This document shows positions 1-9,777 of a stretch of DNA of 64,000 bases, piece by piece. The DNA comes from Bacteroidota bacterium (GTDB lineage Bacteria > Bacteroidota > Bacteroidia > Bacteroidales > ML635J-15): the NCBI GenBank assembly GCA_051747965.1, contig JBNJGS010000001.1, positions 40,311 to 104,310 on the forward strand, in the 5' to 3' direction. A program made the position numbers and the translations under genes. Under the pieces are notes generated by a model that ran no database searches, was not told the DNA's origin, and was given only the letters and a program-made list of their open reading frames with translations. The stretch's first letter is position 1. The number at the start of each line of letters is the position of its first letter.

Positions 1-743
1 GAGTTCAATTCCTCAATGCAACGATTAAACTCATCAGCATTGCCCTTAAACAGGTTTTTTATAAACAAGAATCTGTCACCCAGGCCGATGGCCGCCTTGA
101 TATCAGTAACAGGTTTGGATTTTAGCTTAGATGCCAGATCTTTTGGTTGATTGTTACCACGAATACTTTCGTTTACAGCCCTTTTGTTTGCCCCCAGCTT
201 TTCACCAAGTGCCTGGGATTTCTCTCCTCCGGAGGTATTATTCCCGAACAGATCACTCTGTGGATTTGCAGAAGGCTTTGCATCTTTCTGAGTATTCTCC
301 TCCTTATCAAGCTGTGCAGGTTCTGCAGGTTTTTGTTTTTCTTCCTCATGAGCAGGAGATTTTGGTCTTGCACCTGAAAACATATCTGAGCTTATCATTT
401 CAGAGGCCTCATCTTCAGTAGTATTACCGGCTGCCTCCTGATTTTCAGTTTCTGCTTCCGACTCTGCCTGTGGCTTTTCAGCAGGCTGTTCAGGCTCCTC
501 TGCTTTTTTGCTGACGGAATTGGCTTCAGTTGCAGGAGCTGATTTTACAGCCGATGCCGTATCATTTTTCGCATGGGTGCCTTCATCTGCTTTATCTTGC
601 TGAGCATCTGCCACCAACAAATAGATATCCCTGATTTGCTGCAATGCAGTATCCACATCAATTTTATGAGCATTGTGTTTTTCAATACGCTTCAGGGTTT
701 TCCCCAGATTTTCCCAAAGTTTTAATGCTTCTTTCGCTTCCAT
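1..743 (-). CDS. hypothetical protein, 3' end cut by window edge (N-terminal helix, long acidic/Pro-rich low-complexity linker, conserved C-terminal region)
   Basis: My own reverse-strand translation starts at ATG 743-741 and stays open to base 1 (MEAKEALKLWENLGKTLKRIEKHNAHKIDVDTALQQIRDIYLL...EAETENQEAAGN...KAAIGLGDRFLFIKNLFKGNADEFNRCIEELN). It is missing from the ORF track because no stop lies in the window. The + strand ORFs 131..421 and 147..377 are its shadows. Confidence 0.6.
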   Translation of the reverse strand, partial: MEAKEALKLWENLGKTLKRIEKHNAHKIDVDTALQQIRDIYLLVADAQQDKADEGTHAKNDTASAVKSAPATEANSVSKKAEEPEQPAEKPQAESEAETENQEAAGNTTEDEASEMISSDMFSGARPKSPAHEEEKQKPAEPAQLDKEENTQKDAKPSANPQSDLFGNNTSGGEKSQALGEKLGANKRAVNESIRGNNQPKDLASKLKSKPVTDIKAAIGLGDRFLFIKNLFKGNADEFNRCIEELN

Positions 744-818
744 AAGGTGATATTCTCTTTCATAATTTGTAAATTTGTAAAATTAAAACAATTTAACCGG
801 ATTTTATAATTCCCCGGA

Positions 819-1412
819 ATGTTTAATGAAAACATAGAAAAAAGAACTGCCCATGCCGGGTGGATAGAGGTAATTGCCGGGTCAATGTTTTCGGGAAAGA
901 CCGAAGAATTGATTCGCCGATTGCGCAGGGCCCAGTATGCACGGCAAAAAATTGAGATATTCAAGCCCGGTGTGGATGTACGATACTCCCGTGAGGAGGT
1001 TGTTTCTCACAATGACGCAAGTATTCACAGTACCCCGGTAACATCCTCCTCCAACATTCTGCTGCTCTCAGAAGATGTTGATGTGGTTGGAATTGACGAG
1101 GCCCAGTTTTTTGACGACGGACTTCCTGATGTATGTTCCAGGCTTGCTGAAAAAGGGATCAGGGTAATTGTGGCCGGACTTGACATGGATTTCAAAGGCA
1201 GGCCTTTCGGCCCCATGCCTGCTCTGTTTGCCATTGCCGAAGAGGTTACCAAGGTTCATGCCATTTGCCTCAGGTGCGGAGATCTGGCACAATTCTCCTA
1301 CCGCAAAGTGCAGTCGCAGGAAAAAGTTCTTCTGGGTGAAACCGATTCTTATGAGCCTTTGTGCAGAAATTGTTACATTGAGGCCATGAAAAATGACAAA
1401 CAATCAGAATGA
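819..1412 (+). CDS. tdk: thymidine kinase
   Basis: 197 aa. It has the P-loop [15 protein letters not shown], the DEAQFF motif and a C-terminal Zn-ribbon Cys pair (CLRCG...CRNC), all typical of Tdk. There is a 4-nt ATGA overlap with the next gene. Confidence 0.9.
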   Translation: MFNENIEKRTAHAGWIEVIAGSMFSGKTEELIRRLRRAQYARQKIEIFKPGVDVRYSREEVVSHNDASIHSTPVTSSSNILLLSEDVDVVGIDEAQFFDDGLPDVCSRLAEKGIRVIVAGLDMDFKGRPFGPMPALFAIAEEVTKVHAICLRCGDLAQFSYRKVQSQEKVLLGETDSYEPLCRNCYIEAMKNDKQSE

Positions 1413-3862
1413 GATACAGCACCAAATCTGTTCAACATATTTGTCAGGCCGAATTGCATGGTCCCGGAGATATCATCTGCGAACACATTCTTACCGACAG
1501 CAGGAGTCTGATTAATCCAGGTACATGCCTGTTTTTTGCCATCCCCGGTCTTCAGTATGACGGTCATGATTTTATTGATGATCTCTATAAGGCTGGGGTC
1601 AGGGCTTTTGTAACAGAAAAGTTGCCCTCACTCCTCCACAAGGATGCAGCTTATCTACACTGCAATGAGGTTGTGGACTGTCTGCAACAGCTGATGGCAC
1701 ATCATCGCTCCAATTTTGTCATACCGGTTGCAGCCATTACCGGAAGCAACGGAAAAACCATTGTTAAAGAGTGGTTCGCACAGATATTATCAAAAGATCG
1801 CAAGGTCTGTCGCAGTCCGAAATCCTATAATTCTCAAATCGGAGTACCTTTATCCCTGGCTTTACTTGATGAGTCTGACCAAACCGCTGTGTTTGAGGCC
1901 GGCATTTCCAGACCTGATGAGATGGAGAAGCTGGAAAAAATCATCCGCCCGGATATAGCTTTGCTTACAAATCTGGGGGAAGCCCACCAGGAAAACTTTG
2001 AGAGCCCTGAAAATAAACTCAGAGAAAAACTTTGCTTATTTAACAATTGCACTACGGCTATTCTGCCCTTTGATGACCCGAAAATTCCTGAAGTCTGGAA
2101 ATCACTTTATCCTGCTTTTCAGGGAAAACTGATAAGCTGGGCTTTTAATAATCCCGAAGCTGAGTTTCAGGTAGCTTGTGATACCGGAAAATCTTCCAGT
2201 AAAATTCACATTGTATCCGAAAAACTGAGTCTGACATTCGACATTCCCTTTATAGACAGGGCTTCCGGAGAAAATGCTGTCAGCACAGCCCTCTTGCTGC
2301 ATGCCTGTGGGCTTGACAAGCAATTCATCGAACAGAACATGCCTGGTTTGCAGCCTGTGGCCATGCGTCTGGAATTAAAACACGGGATTCACGACTGTAC
2401 CATCATAAACGACAGCTACAATGCCGACATCAATGCTTTACGAATCGCCATTGATTTTGCCGAAAGACAAAACAAGCAGGGCATTGTACTCATTCTATCC
2501 GATATTCTGGAATCAGGTATGGATAAGAATACACTGTACAAAGAGATTGCCAGCCTGATCAATGCCAATGAAAGAATAGAGATGTTTGTTGGTGTGGGAC
2601 GTGATCTAACGGACAGTGCTGCATATTTTTCAGATGATGCCAGATTTTTTCCTTCCACACAGGCATTTCTGGATTCAGGCCTTTGGCACTCATTCAGGAA
2701 TCAAAGCATTTTGCTTAAAGGTGCGAGGCCATTTCGGTTTGAAAACATCAGCAGTGTACTGGAGCTCAAAGCTCATCAGACTTTGCTTGAAATCAAACTG
2801 GAGGCTGTAACACATAACCTTCGCTATTTCAGGAGCCGTCTGAATCCGGGTGTAAAAATGATGGTCATGGTTAAAGCGTTTTCTTATGGCAGTGGTTCGG
2901 TAGAGATTGGGCGTCATTTACAGAACCAGGCGGTTGACTATCTGGGCGTAGCCATTGCCGACGAAGGTGTTGAGCTGAGAAAGGCCGGGGTACACATTCC
3001 CATCATTGTCATGAACCCGCAGCCCGGTAGTTTTGATTTACTATATGAATACAAATTGGAACCTGAAGTGTACAGCCTTGCTATGCTGCAGTCCCTGACC
3101 GCTCATATTCACAGGCAGGGAATCCCCTCTCTTGCCATACATCTCAAACTTGATACCGGCATGCACAGGCTGGGTATAGGGGAAGATGAACTATCTGCCT
3201 GCCTGGAACACCTGAAAAACACGGGAAGTCTGCATGTGAAATCCGCATTTTCACATCTTGCCGGCAGTGATGTGCCTTCCCTGGATGATTTTACAGAAAA
3301 GCAGATTGCATGCTTTCACCGCATGTATGCAAAACTGCAGGACAGCCTGGGGACAAGTCCGCTGCGGCATATAGCCAACACCAATGGCATCATACGTTTT
3401 CCGGGGGCACAACTGGATATGGTACGTCTGGGAATCGGCTTGTATGGCATCAGTGCTGAAGAAAATGAACATCTGGAAAAAACAACGGTCTTCAGAACCA
3501 AAATCATCAGCATCAAACATCTGGAAAAAGGTGAAAGCGTTGGCTACAACAGGGCCGGCATTATCAGCAGGGCATCAGACATTGCGCTTATCCCGGTGGG
3601 TTATGCTGATGGACTCAATCGCAAGCTAGGCAATGGAAAGTGGAAAGTGGAAATCAACAACAGGCTCTACCCCACCATTGGAGATGTGTGCATGGATATG
3701 TGCATGCTGGACATAACAGGCTCTGACATACGGGAAGGAGATGATGCTATCATTTTTGGCGGCATGCAACAGGTGGAGGATATGGCTGAGCAATTGGAAA
3801 CCATACCTTATGAAATATTAACTGGCATATCTCAACGCGTAAAACGAGTATATTTATTATAG
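1409..3862 (+). CDS. bifunctional UDP-N-acetylmuramoyl-tripeptide--D-alanyl-D-alanine ligase (MurF) / alanine racemase (Alr)
   Basis: 817 aa. The N-terminal half is Mur ligase-like (ITGSNGKT P-loop, DSYNAD). The C-terminal half is alanine racemase-like (PLP lysine context [26 protein letters not shown]). Confidence 0.88.
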   Translation: MRYSTKSVQHICQAELHGPGDIICEHILTDSRSLINPGTCLFFAIPGLQYDGHDFIDDLYKAGVRAFVTEKLPSLLHKDAAYLHCNEVVDCLQQLMAHHRSNFVIPVAAITGSNGKTIVKEWFAQILSKDRKVCRSPKSYNSQIGVPLSLALLDESDQTAVFEAGISRPDEMEKLEKIIRPDIALLTNLGEAHQENFESPENKLREKLCLFNNCTTAILPFDDPKIPEVWKSLYPAFQGKLISWAFNNPEAEFQVACDTGKSSSKIHIVSEKLSLTFDIPFIDRASGENAVSTALLLHACGLDKQFIEQNMPGLQPVAMRLELKHGIHDCTIINDSYNADINALRIAIDFAERQNKQGIVLILSDILESGMDKNTLYKEIASLINANERIEMFVGVGRDLTDSAAYFSDDARFFPSTQAFLDSGLWHSFRNQSILLKGARPFRFENISSVLELKAHQTLLEIKLEAVTHNLRYFRSRLNPGVKMMVMVKAFSYGSGSVEIGRHLQNQAVDYLGVAIADEGVELRKAGVHIPIIVMNPQPGSFDLLYEYKLEPEVYSLAMLQSLTAHIHRQGIPSLAIHLKLDTGMHRLGIGEDELSACLEHLKNTGSLHVKSAFSHLAGSDVPSLDDFTEKQIACFHRMYAKLQDSLGTSPLRHIANTNGIIRFPGAQLDMVRLGIGLYGISAEENEHLEKTTVFRTKIISIKHLEKGESVGYNRAGIISRASDIALIPVGYADGLNRKLGNGKWKVEINNRLYPTIGDVCMDMCMLDITGSDIREGDDAIIFGGMQQVEDMAEQLETIPYEILTGISQRVKRVYLL

Positions 3863-3868
3863 AGTACT

Positions 3869-4642
3869 ATGGAAGTCAAACTATCAGTTGTAGTCATAAC
3901 TTATAACGAATCAAAAAACATCGGGCGTTGTCTTGAATCCGTGCGTAATATTGCTGATGAAATGCTTGTGGTGGATTCTTATTCACAGGATGACACAGTG
4001 GCCATTGCCGGATCATACGGTGCAAAAGTTGTTGAGCACACATTTCACGGTCATATCGAACAAAAGAATTTCGCCATTACGCAGGCAAAATATCCGCACA
4101 TTCTTTCCCTGGATGCAGACGAGGCACTGTCAGATGCTTTACAAAAGAAGATTGCAGATATCAAGCAAAACTGGGAGTACGACGGATACAGTTTCAACCG
4201 TCTGACCAACTACTGCGGACGCTGGATCAGACACGGCGGCTGGTATCCGGATATCAAAACCAGACTGGTTGACAGCAGGCTGGGCTCCTGGCAGGGAAAC
4301 AATCCACATGATAAATATGTATTAAAAAAAGGAAGCAGCCTTTATCATGTAGATGAAGACATCCTGCATTACTCATATTATACCGTATCCGAACATCTGA
4401 AGCAAATCGATTATTTTTCAGGCATTAAGGCAGATGTACTGTACAAAAAAGGCATAAAACCCAATAGAATAAAGCTTTATTTTGCTTCCGGATTCAAATT
4501 TTTCTCGGGATATTTTCTGAAAGGCGGCTTTCTTGATGGTTATGAAGGCTATATGATCGCCAGATTAAGTGCGGCTTCCACACTACTTAAGTACTACAAA
4601 CTACGCAAAGCACATTCTGATAATGATATGGAGAAAAATTAG
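3869..4642 (+). CDS. family 2 glycosyltransferase (LPS-core type, KdtX/WaaE-like)
   Basis: 257 aa. The N-terminus LSVVVITYNESKNIGRCLESV...VVDSYSQDDT...LDADE is a GT2 Rossmann signature. Confidence 0.8.
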   Translation: MEVKLSVVVITYNESKNIGRCLESVRNIADEMLVVDSYSQDDTVAIAGSYGAKVVEHTFHGHIEQKNFAITQAKYPHILSLDADEALSDALQKKIADIKQNWEYDGYSFNRLTNYCGRWIRHGGWYPDIKTRLVDSRLGSWQGNNPHDKYVLKKGSSLYHVDEDILHYSYYTVSEHLKQIDYFSGIKADVLYKKGIKPNRIKLYFASGFKFFSGYFLKGGFLDGYEGYMIARLSAASTLLKYYKLRKAHSDNDMEKN

Positions 4643-4732
4643 ACTCATAAATTAAATTTAATTTCGTTTTTCCAAATACAAAGCCTATATTTGTACTTAA
4701 TCAAAATGAATGTTTAATTAAAAATTGATATT

Positions 4733-6679
4733 ATGAAAAAGTTTACATTGATCGCTGCTTTTGTGGTCATGGCATCCTTCACCTTTGCACAGGTAGTTGG
4801 CGTACATGCACCGACAAAAAACAAAGCACAAAAAACAGAACAAATTTCCATCAAAGGTGAGCCCGAGGCAGCCTGGGAAGTTACATTTGAAGAAGATCCT
4901 GTTGTATGGACTATTGCTCACGATGAAGGTGAAGCAGACTGGGCTGTAACAGACTCTATCACCACCGGCGAAATACTTGAAAACGGCCCGGATTTTACTG
5001 ATGAGACTTTACCAGAAGGTGCCCTGGCATCTGCTATGTGGGTTTATTGCGGCCGCCAATCTGTAGGTGACTATTCAGAATCAGGCAACAACTTTGCTTA
5101 CATTGATGGTATTTCCGACCTTCTCTCCGGTACAGAGGAAATCAAAAATGCATGGATTCAGTTTGACAGCATTGACCTTTCAACTGTTGACAATCCCAAA
5201 CTTACTTTTTATCAGAACTATAAAGCTCTGAACTCTGCATTTTCCTACCTGGACATCAGCCTTGACGGTGGTGCAACCTGGACAGAGTCTATCGAACTGA
5301 ATGAGGGTGTAGAAGGAAATACTTTTGGTGATGATTATTACCAGATTATTCTTACTAATTACATCAGCAACGAAGCCAACGTTTCACTGCGTTTCCGCTG
5401 GCAGACAACTGAAGCTGCTATCGGTGGTTATGGTTACGGATGGGAAATTGACGACCTCAAAATCGTTGATAACCCCGATGTTGACATGAAACTTGTTGAT
5501 GCACGTATGAACTTCTTTGAGTATGTAGATTACACAGATCCTGCTAACAGTAGCTATTATCACATCTCATCTCATTATGGTTCAATCCCTGCCGCACAGT
5601 TTGCCAATGATATGGCCGCAATGTTATGGAATGCTGAAGTTGAAAACAATGGTAACCTTGACAATGCACCTGAATTTAATGTACAGGTATTTGATCCCTC
5701 CGGAGCTGAAATCTACAACGAAACAGCAACCGGCAACACTCTTTCTGTTACCCAGAAAGATACAATCGACCTGCTTACACCTGAATTCTCCATGACAGAT
5801 CCTGCTCTTGGTGAATATACAGTGGTATATAATATTGACATTGCAGATGATGCAAATCCTGAGAACAACATTGACACAACTTATTTCAATGTAACCGATA
5901 CCACATTTGCACGTGATCTTGGCAACCCTGTTTCTTCTACAGGCCCAAGCCGCTGGATTGACGGCGGAGTTGATACTGACATGATTGGTACTGATTATCT
6001 GTACCTCCATGAAGCAGAAATCCACTCAATGACAGTGTTTATCGGAGCTGATACTGATCCCGGCACCGGCTTTGTTGCTCACCTGATGGAGTTTGATGAA
6101 GACACAGAAGAATGGGTTGACATTGTAACCAGCCCGCTCGTAACTCTGGAAGAAGGAGATATCGGCGACTGGATGGAATTTGAATTCCCCGTTTCTGTAC
6201 CCATTATCCCAGATCCTGAAACTGGTTATAATGTAAAAGCAGCTCTGGAATTTTACTACAACGATACGGACAACGAACTGACTGTAGGTTATGATCCCTC
6301 TGTGCCCGTAAGTCCATGGGGTACTACATGGTACATGAATGAAGGTTCTAACGCCGGTGAATGGTACACAATCACCAACTGGTCACGTGGTGGACTGGCA
6401 ATACGCCTGAACTATGATCTGGATTCGGACGCTGTCAACGAACTCAACACTGATAATCTCAGTATCTATCCCAACCCGTCCAACGGTATTGTCAGAATTG
6501 ACAATGTTGAAGGTAACGATGTTGAAGTTTTCAACCTGGTAGGTCAGCGTATCTATTCTGTTGAAAATGCAGAGCAAAATGTAAGCCTCAACCTGAGCAA
6601 TCAGCCTGAAGGTACTTACCTTGTTCGCATCAGTGGAACCAACGGTACCAAAACTCAGAAAATCAGCCTGATTAAATAA
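4733..6679 (+). CDS. secreted protein with T9SS type A C-terminal sorting domain
   Basis: 648 aa. It has a signal peptide (MKKFTLIAAFVVMASFTFAQ) and an acidic beta-rich body. The C-terminus LSIYPNPSNGIVRIDNVEG...GTYLVRISGTNGTKTQKISLIK matches the Por secretion tail pattern. Confidence 0.8.
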   Translation: MKKFTLIAAFVVMASFTFAQVVGVHAPTKNKAQKTEQISIKGEPEAAWEVTFEEDPVVWTIAHDEGEADWAVTDSITTGEILENGPDFTDETLPEGALASAMWVYCGRQSVGDYSESGNNFAYIDGISDLLSGTEEIKNAWIQFDSIDLSTVDNPKLTFYQNYKALNSAFSYLDISLDGGATWTESIELNEGVEGNTFGDDYYQIILTNYISNEANVSLRFRWQTTEAAIGGYGYGWEIDDLKIVDNPDVDMKLVDARMNFFEYVDYTDPANSSYYHISSHYGSIPAAQFANDMAAMLWNAEVENNGNLDNAPEFNVQVFDPSGAEIYNETATGNTLSVTQKDTIDLLTPEFSMTDPALGEYTVVYNIDIADDANPENNIDTTYFNVTDTTFARDLGNPVSSTGPSRWIDGGVDTDMIGTDYLYLHEAEIHSMTVFIGADTDPGTGFVAHLMEFDEDTEEWVDIVTSPLVTLEEGDIGDWMEFEFPVSVPIIPDPETGYNVKAALEFYYNDTDNELTVGYDPSVPVSPWGTTWYMNEGSNAGEWYTITNWSRGGLAIRLNYDLDSDAVNELNTDNLSIYPNPSNGIVRIDNVEGNDVEVFNLVGQRIYSVENAEQNVSLNLSNQPEGTYLVRISGTNGTKTQKISLIK

Positions 6680-6700
6680 TCAGCGCTATTTGATAAAATC

Positions 6701-6735
6701 AAAAGGCTGTCCAATTTTGGGCAGCCTTTTTTTTG
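6701..6735 (+). terminator. rho-independent terminator after the T9SS cargo gene
   Basis: The hairpin AAAAGGCTGTCC / GGGCAGCCTTTT has one mismatch and is followed by a T-run. Confidence 0.6.
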
Positions 6736-6803
6736 ATGATACTATTGTATTTCCAGGCAGTTTCTATCAGCAGGCAGGTCACAAAAGACACAGCTTTGCG
6801 CAT

Positions 6804-6832
6804 AAAAAAAGCCCGGCATTTTATTGCCAGGC
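6804..6832 (-). terminator. rho-independent terminator after ugd (read on minus strand)
   Basis: The hairpin GCCCGGCA...TGCCAGGC is imperfect. The plus-strand A-run at 6804-6810 is a T-run on the minus strand. Confidence 0.5.
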
Positions 6833-6857
6833 TATCTTGATTGATATTGTTTGAACT

Positions 6858-8177
6858 TTACTTGCCTGTACGGCGGCCGATACCATAATAATCATAACCA
6901 CGGTCGAGCAATTCCTTTGGGTCGTATATATTACGTCCGTCAAAAATCACTTTACCTTTCATGGCATCCAGGCGTGTATAATCAAGCACACGGAATTCTG
7001 TCCATTCTGTTACCAGCAAAAGCCCATCGGCATCATTTACAGCATCGTAGGCGCGGTCAACATACCCGATTTTATCACCCACACGGCGTTTACACTCATC
7101 CATAGCCACAGGGTCATAGCCAACAATGGTAGCACCGGCTTTTGTAAACATATCAATGAGGGTGAGTGCCGGAGCCTCTCTCATATCATCAGTATTGGGT
7201 TTAAAGGAAAGCCCCCACATGGCAAATTTCTTACCTTTCAGGTCACCATAGTATGCTTTGGCCTTATGGAAAAGGGTTTCTTTTTGTCTGTCATTCACCG
7301 CTTCCACGGATTTCAGAATATCCAGGCTGTAATCATTCTGATCTGCAGTTTTGATCACTGCTTTCACATCTTTGGGAAAACAGGAACCGCCATAACCTGT
7401 TCCGGCATAAATAAAATATTTACCAATCCGGCGGTCTGAACCAATGCCTCTTCGAACAGAATTGATATCGGCGCCAACTTTTTCACAGAAGTTTGCCATA
7501 TCATTCATGAAACTGATTTTTGTTGCCAGCATTGCATTGGCAGCATATTTTGTAAGCTCTGCAGAAGGAATATCCATAAATATTACCGGGTGACCGTTCA
7601 GCACAAAAGGCTTATAAAGGCGGTTCATGGTTTCTTCGGCCCGTTTGGAATCAGTACCCACAACAATTCTGTCGGGATGCATGGCATCATTGATGGCATC
7701 GCCCTCTTTAAGGAATTCAGGGTTGGAGGCCACATCAAAAGGAATATCAGCACCACGTTTGTCAAGCTCTTCTTTTACAGCTTTACGCACCTTTTCGGCC
7801 GTACCAATGGGCACTGTACTTTTTGTGATAATCAGGAGATAATCCTGCATGTTATGACCAGCTTCACGTGCCACATCCAAAACATACTGAAGATCTGCGC
7901 TTCCATCTTCATCAGGCGGTGTGCCCACGGCAATAAACAAAGCCTCTGCATCTTTTATCCCATCTTTCAGACTGGTGGTAAACGTGAGTCTGTTTTTCTC
8001 AACATTGCGTTTTACCATGGTTTCCAGTCCGGGTTCCCAGATCGGAATAATGCCATTGTTTAAATTTTCAATTTTCTCTTTGTTGTTATCCACACAGGCA
8101 ACATTCACTCCGACTTCTGAGAAACATGTTCCTGAAACCAGACCGACATAACCGGTACCTACCATTGTAATTTTCAT
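6858..8177 (-). CDS. ugd: UDP-glucose 6-dehydrogenase
   Basis: 439 aa. It has the NAD fold MKITMVGTGYVGLVSG, the catalytic GGSCFPKD motif and the UDPG/MGDP dehydrogenase C-terminal region. Confidence 0.9.
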   Translation of the reverse strand: MKITMVGTGYVGLVSGTCFSEVGVNVACVDNNKEKIENLNNGIIPIWEPGLETMVKRNVEKNRLTFTTSLKDGIKDAEALFIAVGTPPDEDGSADLQYVLDVAREAGHNMQDYLLIITKSTVPIGTAEKVRKAVKEELDKRGADIPFDVASNPEFLKEGDAINDAMHPDRIVVGTDSKRAEETMNRLYKPFVLNGHPVIFMDIPSAELTKYAANAMLATKISFMNDMANFCEKVGADINSVRRGIGSDRRIGKYFIYAGTGYGGSCFPKDVKAVIKTADQNDYSLDILKSVEAVNDRQKETLFHKAKAYYGDLKGKKFAMWGLSFKPNTDDMREAPALTLIDMFTKAGATIVGYDPVAMDECKRRVGDKIGYVDRAYDAVNDADGLLLVTEWTEFRVLDYTRLDAMKGKVIFDGRNIYDPKELLDRGYDYYGIGRRTGK

Positions 8178-8211
8178 ATGCTTCAGTTTAATCTGTAAAT
8201 AAAATATAAAA

Positions 8212-9117
8212 TTAAAAAATCAGTTCATTTATTGCATGTATATCTCCAGAGATATTTTCATTTATGCTATCGATATTATCAGATGTCCGGATTCTCTTCT
8301 GAAAAGCCAGGGTATAGATTTCTCCATGATTGAGCGTTTTGTCTTCATCCAGAGATAAAAGATACAGATGCGGCCGATTCTCTTCCCGGCTAACCACAGC
8401 CATTGCCCGGCAATTATTTTCCATGACACTTACAGCATAGGTGCCGTCCGGAGGGATGAGTTTCTCTTCTTCCTCCATTTCAACTGCATGAAAACCCTGC
8501 TTTTTTTTCAAGGGACTGATGTCAGCCTTACCTGTTTTACCCATGACAAGATAAAAATGATCCAGATATGCATTGGCCCGTTGTATATGACCCTCTGCCA
8601 GGGCTTTTCGGATACGTGTTGAACTCACAGCTTCATTTTCGATATCCTGCATGGGTATTTCTTCCACCATAAAATTCTTCGTTTTACTCAATTCATGCAA
8701 ATAATCAAAATTCCCTTCGCGATTATGACCAAAGTAATGATTGAACCCAACGATAATAATTTTTGCATTCAGTTTTCCAAGAAGTATATCGTTGACAAAT
8801 TGTTGTGATGTTGTTTGTGAAAAAGACAGGGTAAACGGGATAATAAAGAGATGATCGATTCCTGTGTTTTCCAGGAGATATTTTTTTTCCCGTTGGGTAT
8901 TGATAAGTTTCAGATCAGCCATTTTATCAGGGAAAAGCACTTTACGCGGATGCGGGTGAAATGTAATCAGAACAGATTCGCCTCTGACCTGTCTGGCTAG
9001 TTGATTCAGTCTGTTCAGAATTGTTTTGTGTCCAATATGAACTCCGTCAAAGGTACCGGTGGTAACAACCGGATTTTTTATTGTGCCAATATCTTCAAAA
9101 TCTGTATGTATCTTCAT
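8212..9117 (-). CDS. ribF: RibF-family FAD synthetase; the C-terminal riboflavin-kinase-like module is divergent
   Basis: 301 aa. The N-terminal FMN adenylyltransferase motifs are intact (GTFDGVHIGH, SSTRIR). The C-terminal module aligns to RFK (GTYAV), but GFHAVE replaces the GFPTAN motif. Confidence 0.8.
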   Translation of the reverse strand: MKIHTDFEDIGTIKNPVVTTGTFDGVHIGHKTILNRLNQLARQVRGESVLITFHPHPRKVLFPDKMADLKLINTQREKKYLLENTGIDHLFIIPFTLSFSQTTSQQFVNDILLGKLNAKIIIVGFNHYFGHNREGNFDYLHELSKTKNFMVEEIPMQDIENEAVSSTRIRKALAEGHIQRANAYLDHFYLVMGKTGKADISPLKKKQGFHAVEMEEEEKLIPPDGTYAVSVMENNCRAMAVVSREENRPHLYLLSLDEDKTLNHGEIYTLAFQKRIRTSDNIDSINENISGDIHAINELIF

Positions 9118-9145
9118 AAATCAAAAAATCAGATAATCGGCAAAA

Positions 9146-9766
9146 CTAATCATTGTGATTGACAAAATAAGCAACTTTTTCCATGCTGGTCACCATATCA
9201 TAATCCTCCACATAAATATGGTCGGGGATGCTAAGCGGAACAGATGTAAAATTCAGTATTCCCTTGATATTGTTTACCACGAGCTGATCGGCTACTTCCT
9301 GTGCATGTTCCGGTGACAATGTCATGATGGCAATGGAAATATCAAGTTCTTTGATCTTTTCTCCAAGTTGGTTGATATGATAGCACCGCACATTGGAGAT
9401 TACCCTGTTGATCTTTTGTTCATCCACATCAAAAGCAGCGGCAATATCAAGTTTGGTGCGTTTGCCGTTAAAGTAGCTGGTGATGGCTTTGCCGAGGTTT
9501 CCCATTCCTATGATTGCTGTATTGATCTTTTTGTTGCCGTCAAGGATTTCGCCAATGCGCTGAATCAGGTCTTCAATAACATAACCTTTTCGTTGAGTTC
9601 CTGAATATCCGATAAGCATGATGTCCCGCCTTACCTGTACCGGTGTAAGGTGCAACTGACTGGCAAGTTCATGCGAGTAAATATGTTCCTTGCCCTTGTC
9701 CAGGTTGCTATAGAGAATGCGTCTGTACTGGCTTAGCCTTTCAACGGATTTTGGTGGTAAATTCAT
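9146..9766 (-). CDS. rex: redox-sensing transcriptional repressor Rex
   Basis: 206 aa. It has an N-terminal winged helix (RLSQYRRIL...SHELASQL) followed by the Rossmann motif IIGMGNLGKAI and ILNFT, which is the Rex family layout. Confidence 0.9.
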   Translation of the reverse strand: MNLPPKSVERLSQYRRILYSNLDKGKEHIYSHELASQLHLTPVQVRRDIMLIGYSGTQRKGYVIEDLIQRIGEILDGNKKINTAIIGMGNLGKAITSYFNGKRTKLDIAAAFDVDEQKINRVISNVRCYHINQLGEKIKELDISIAIMTLSPEHAQEVADQLVVNNIKGILNFTSVPLSIPDHIYVEDYDMVTSMEKVAYFVNHND

Positions 9767-9777
9767 GGTTTCTCAAT

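Noticed and set aside
131-421. + strand ORFs of 96 and 76 aa at the window start.
   Set aside because: They are antisense to the open reverse-strand gene 1-743, whose translation is coherent. The + strand products are Leu/Phe/Cys-rich nonsense.
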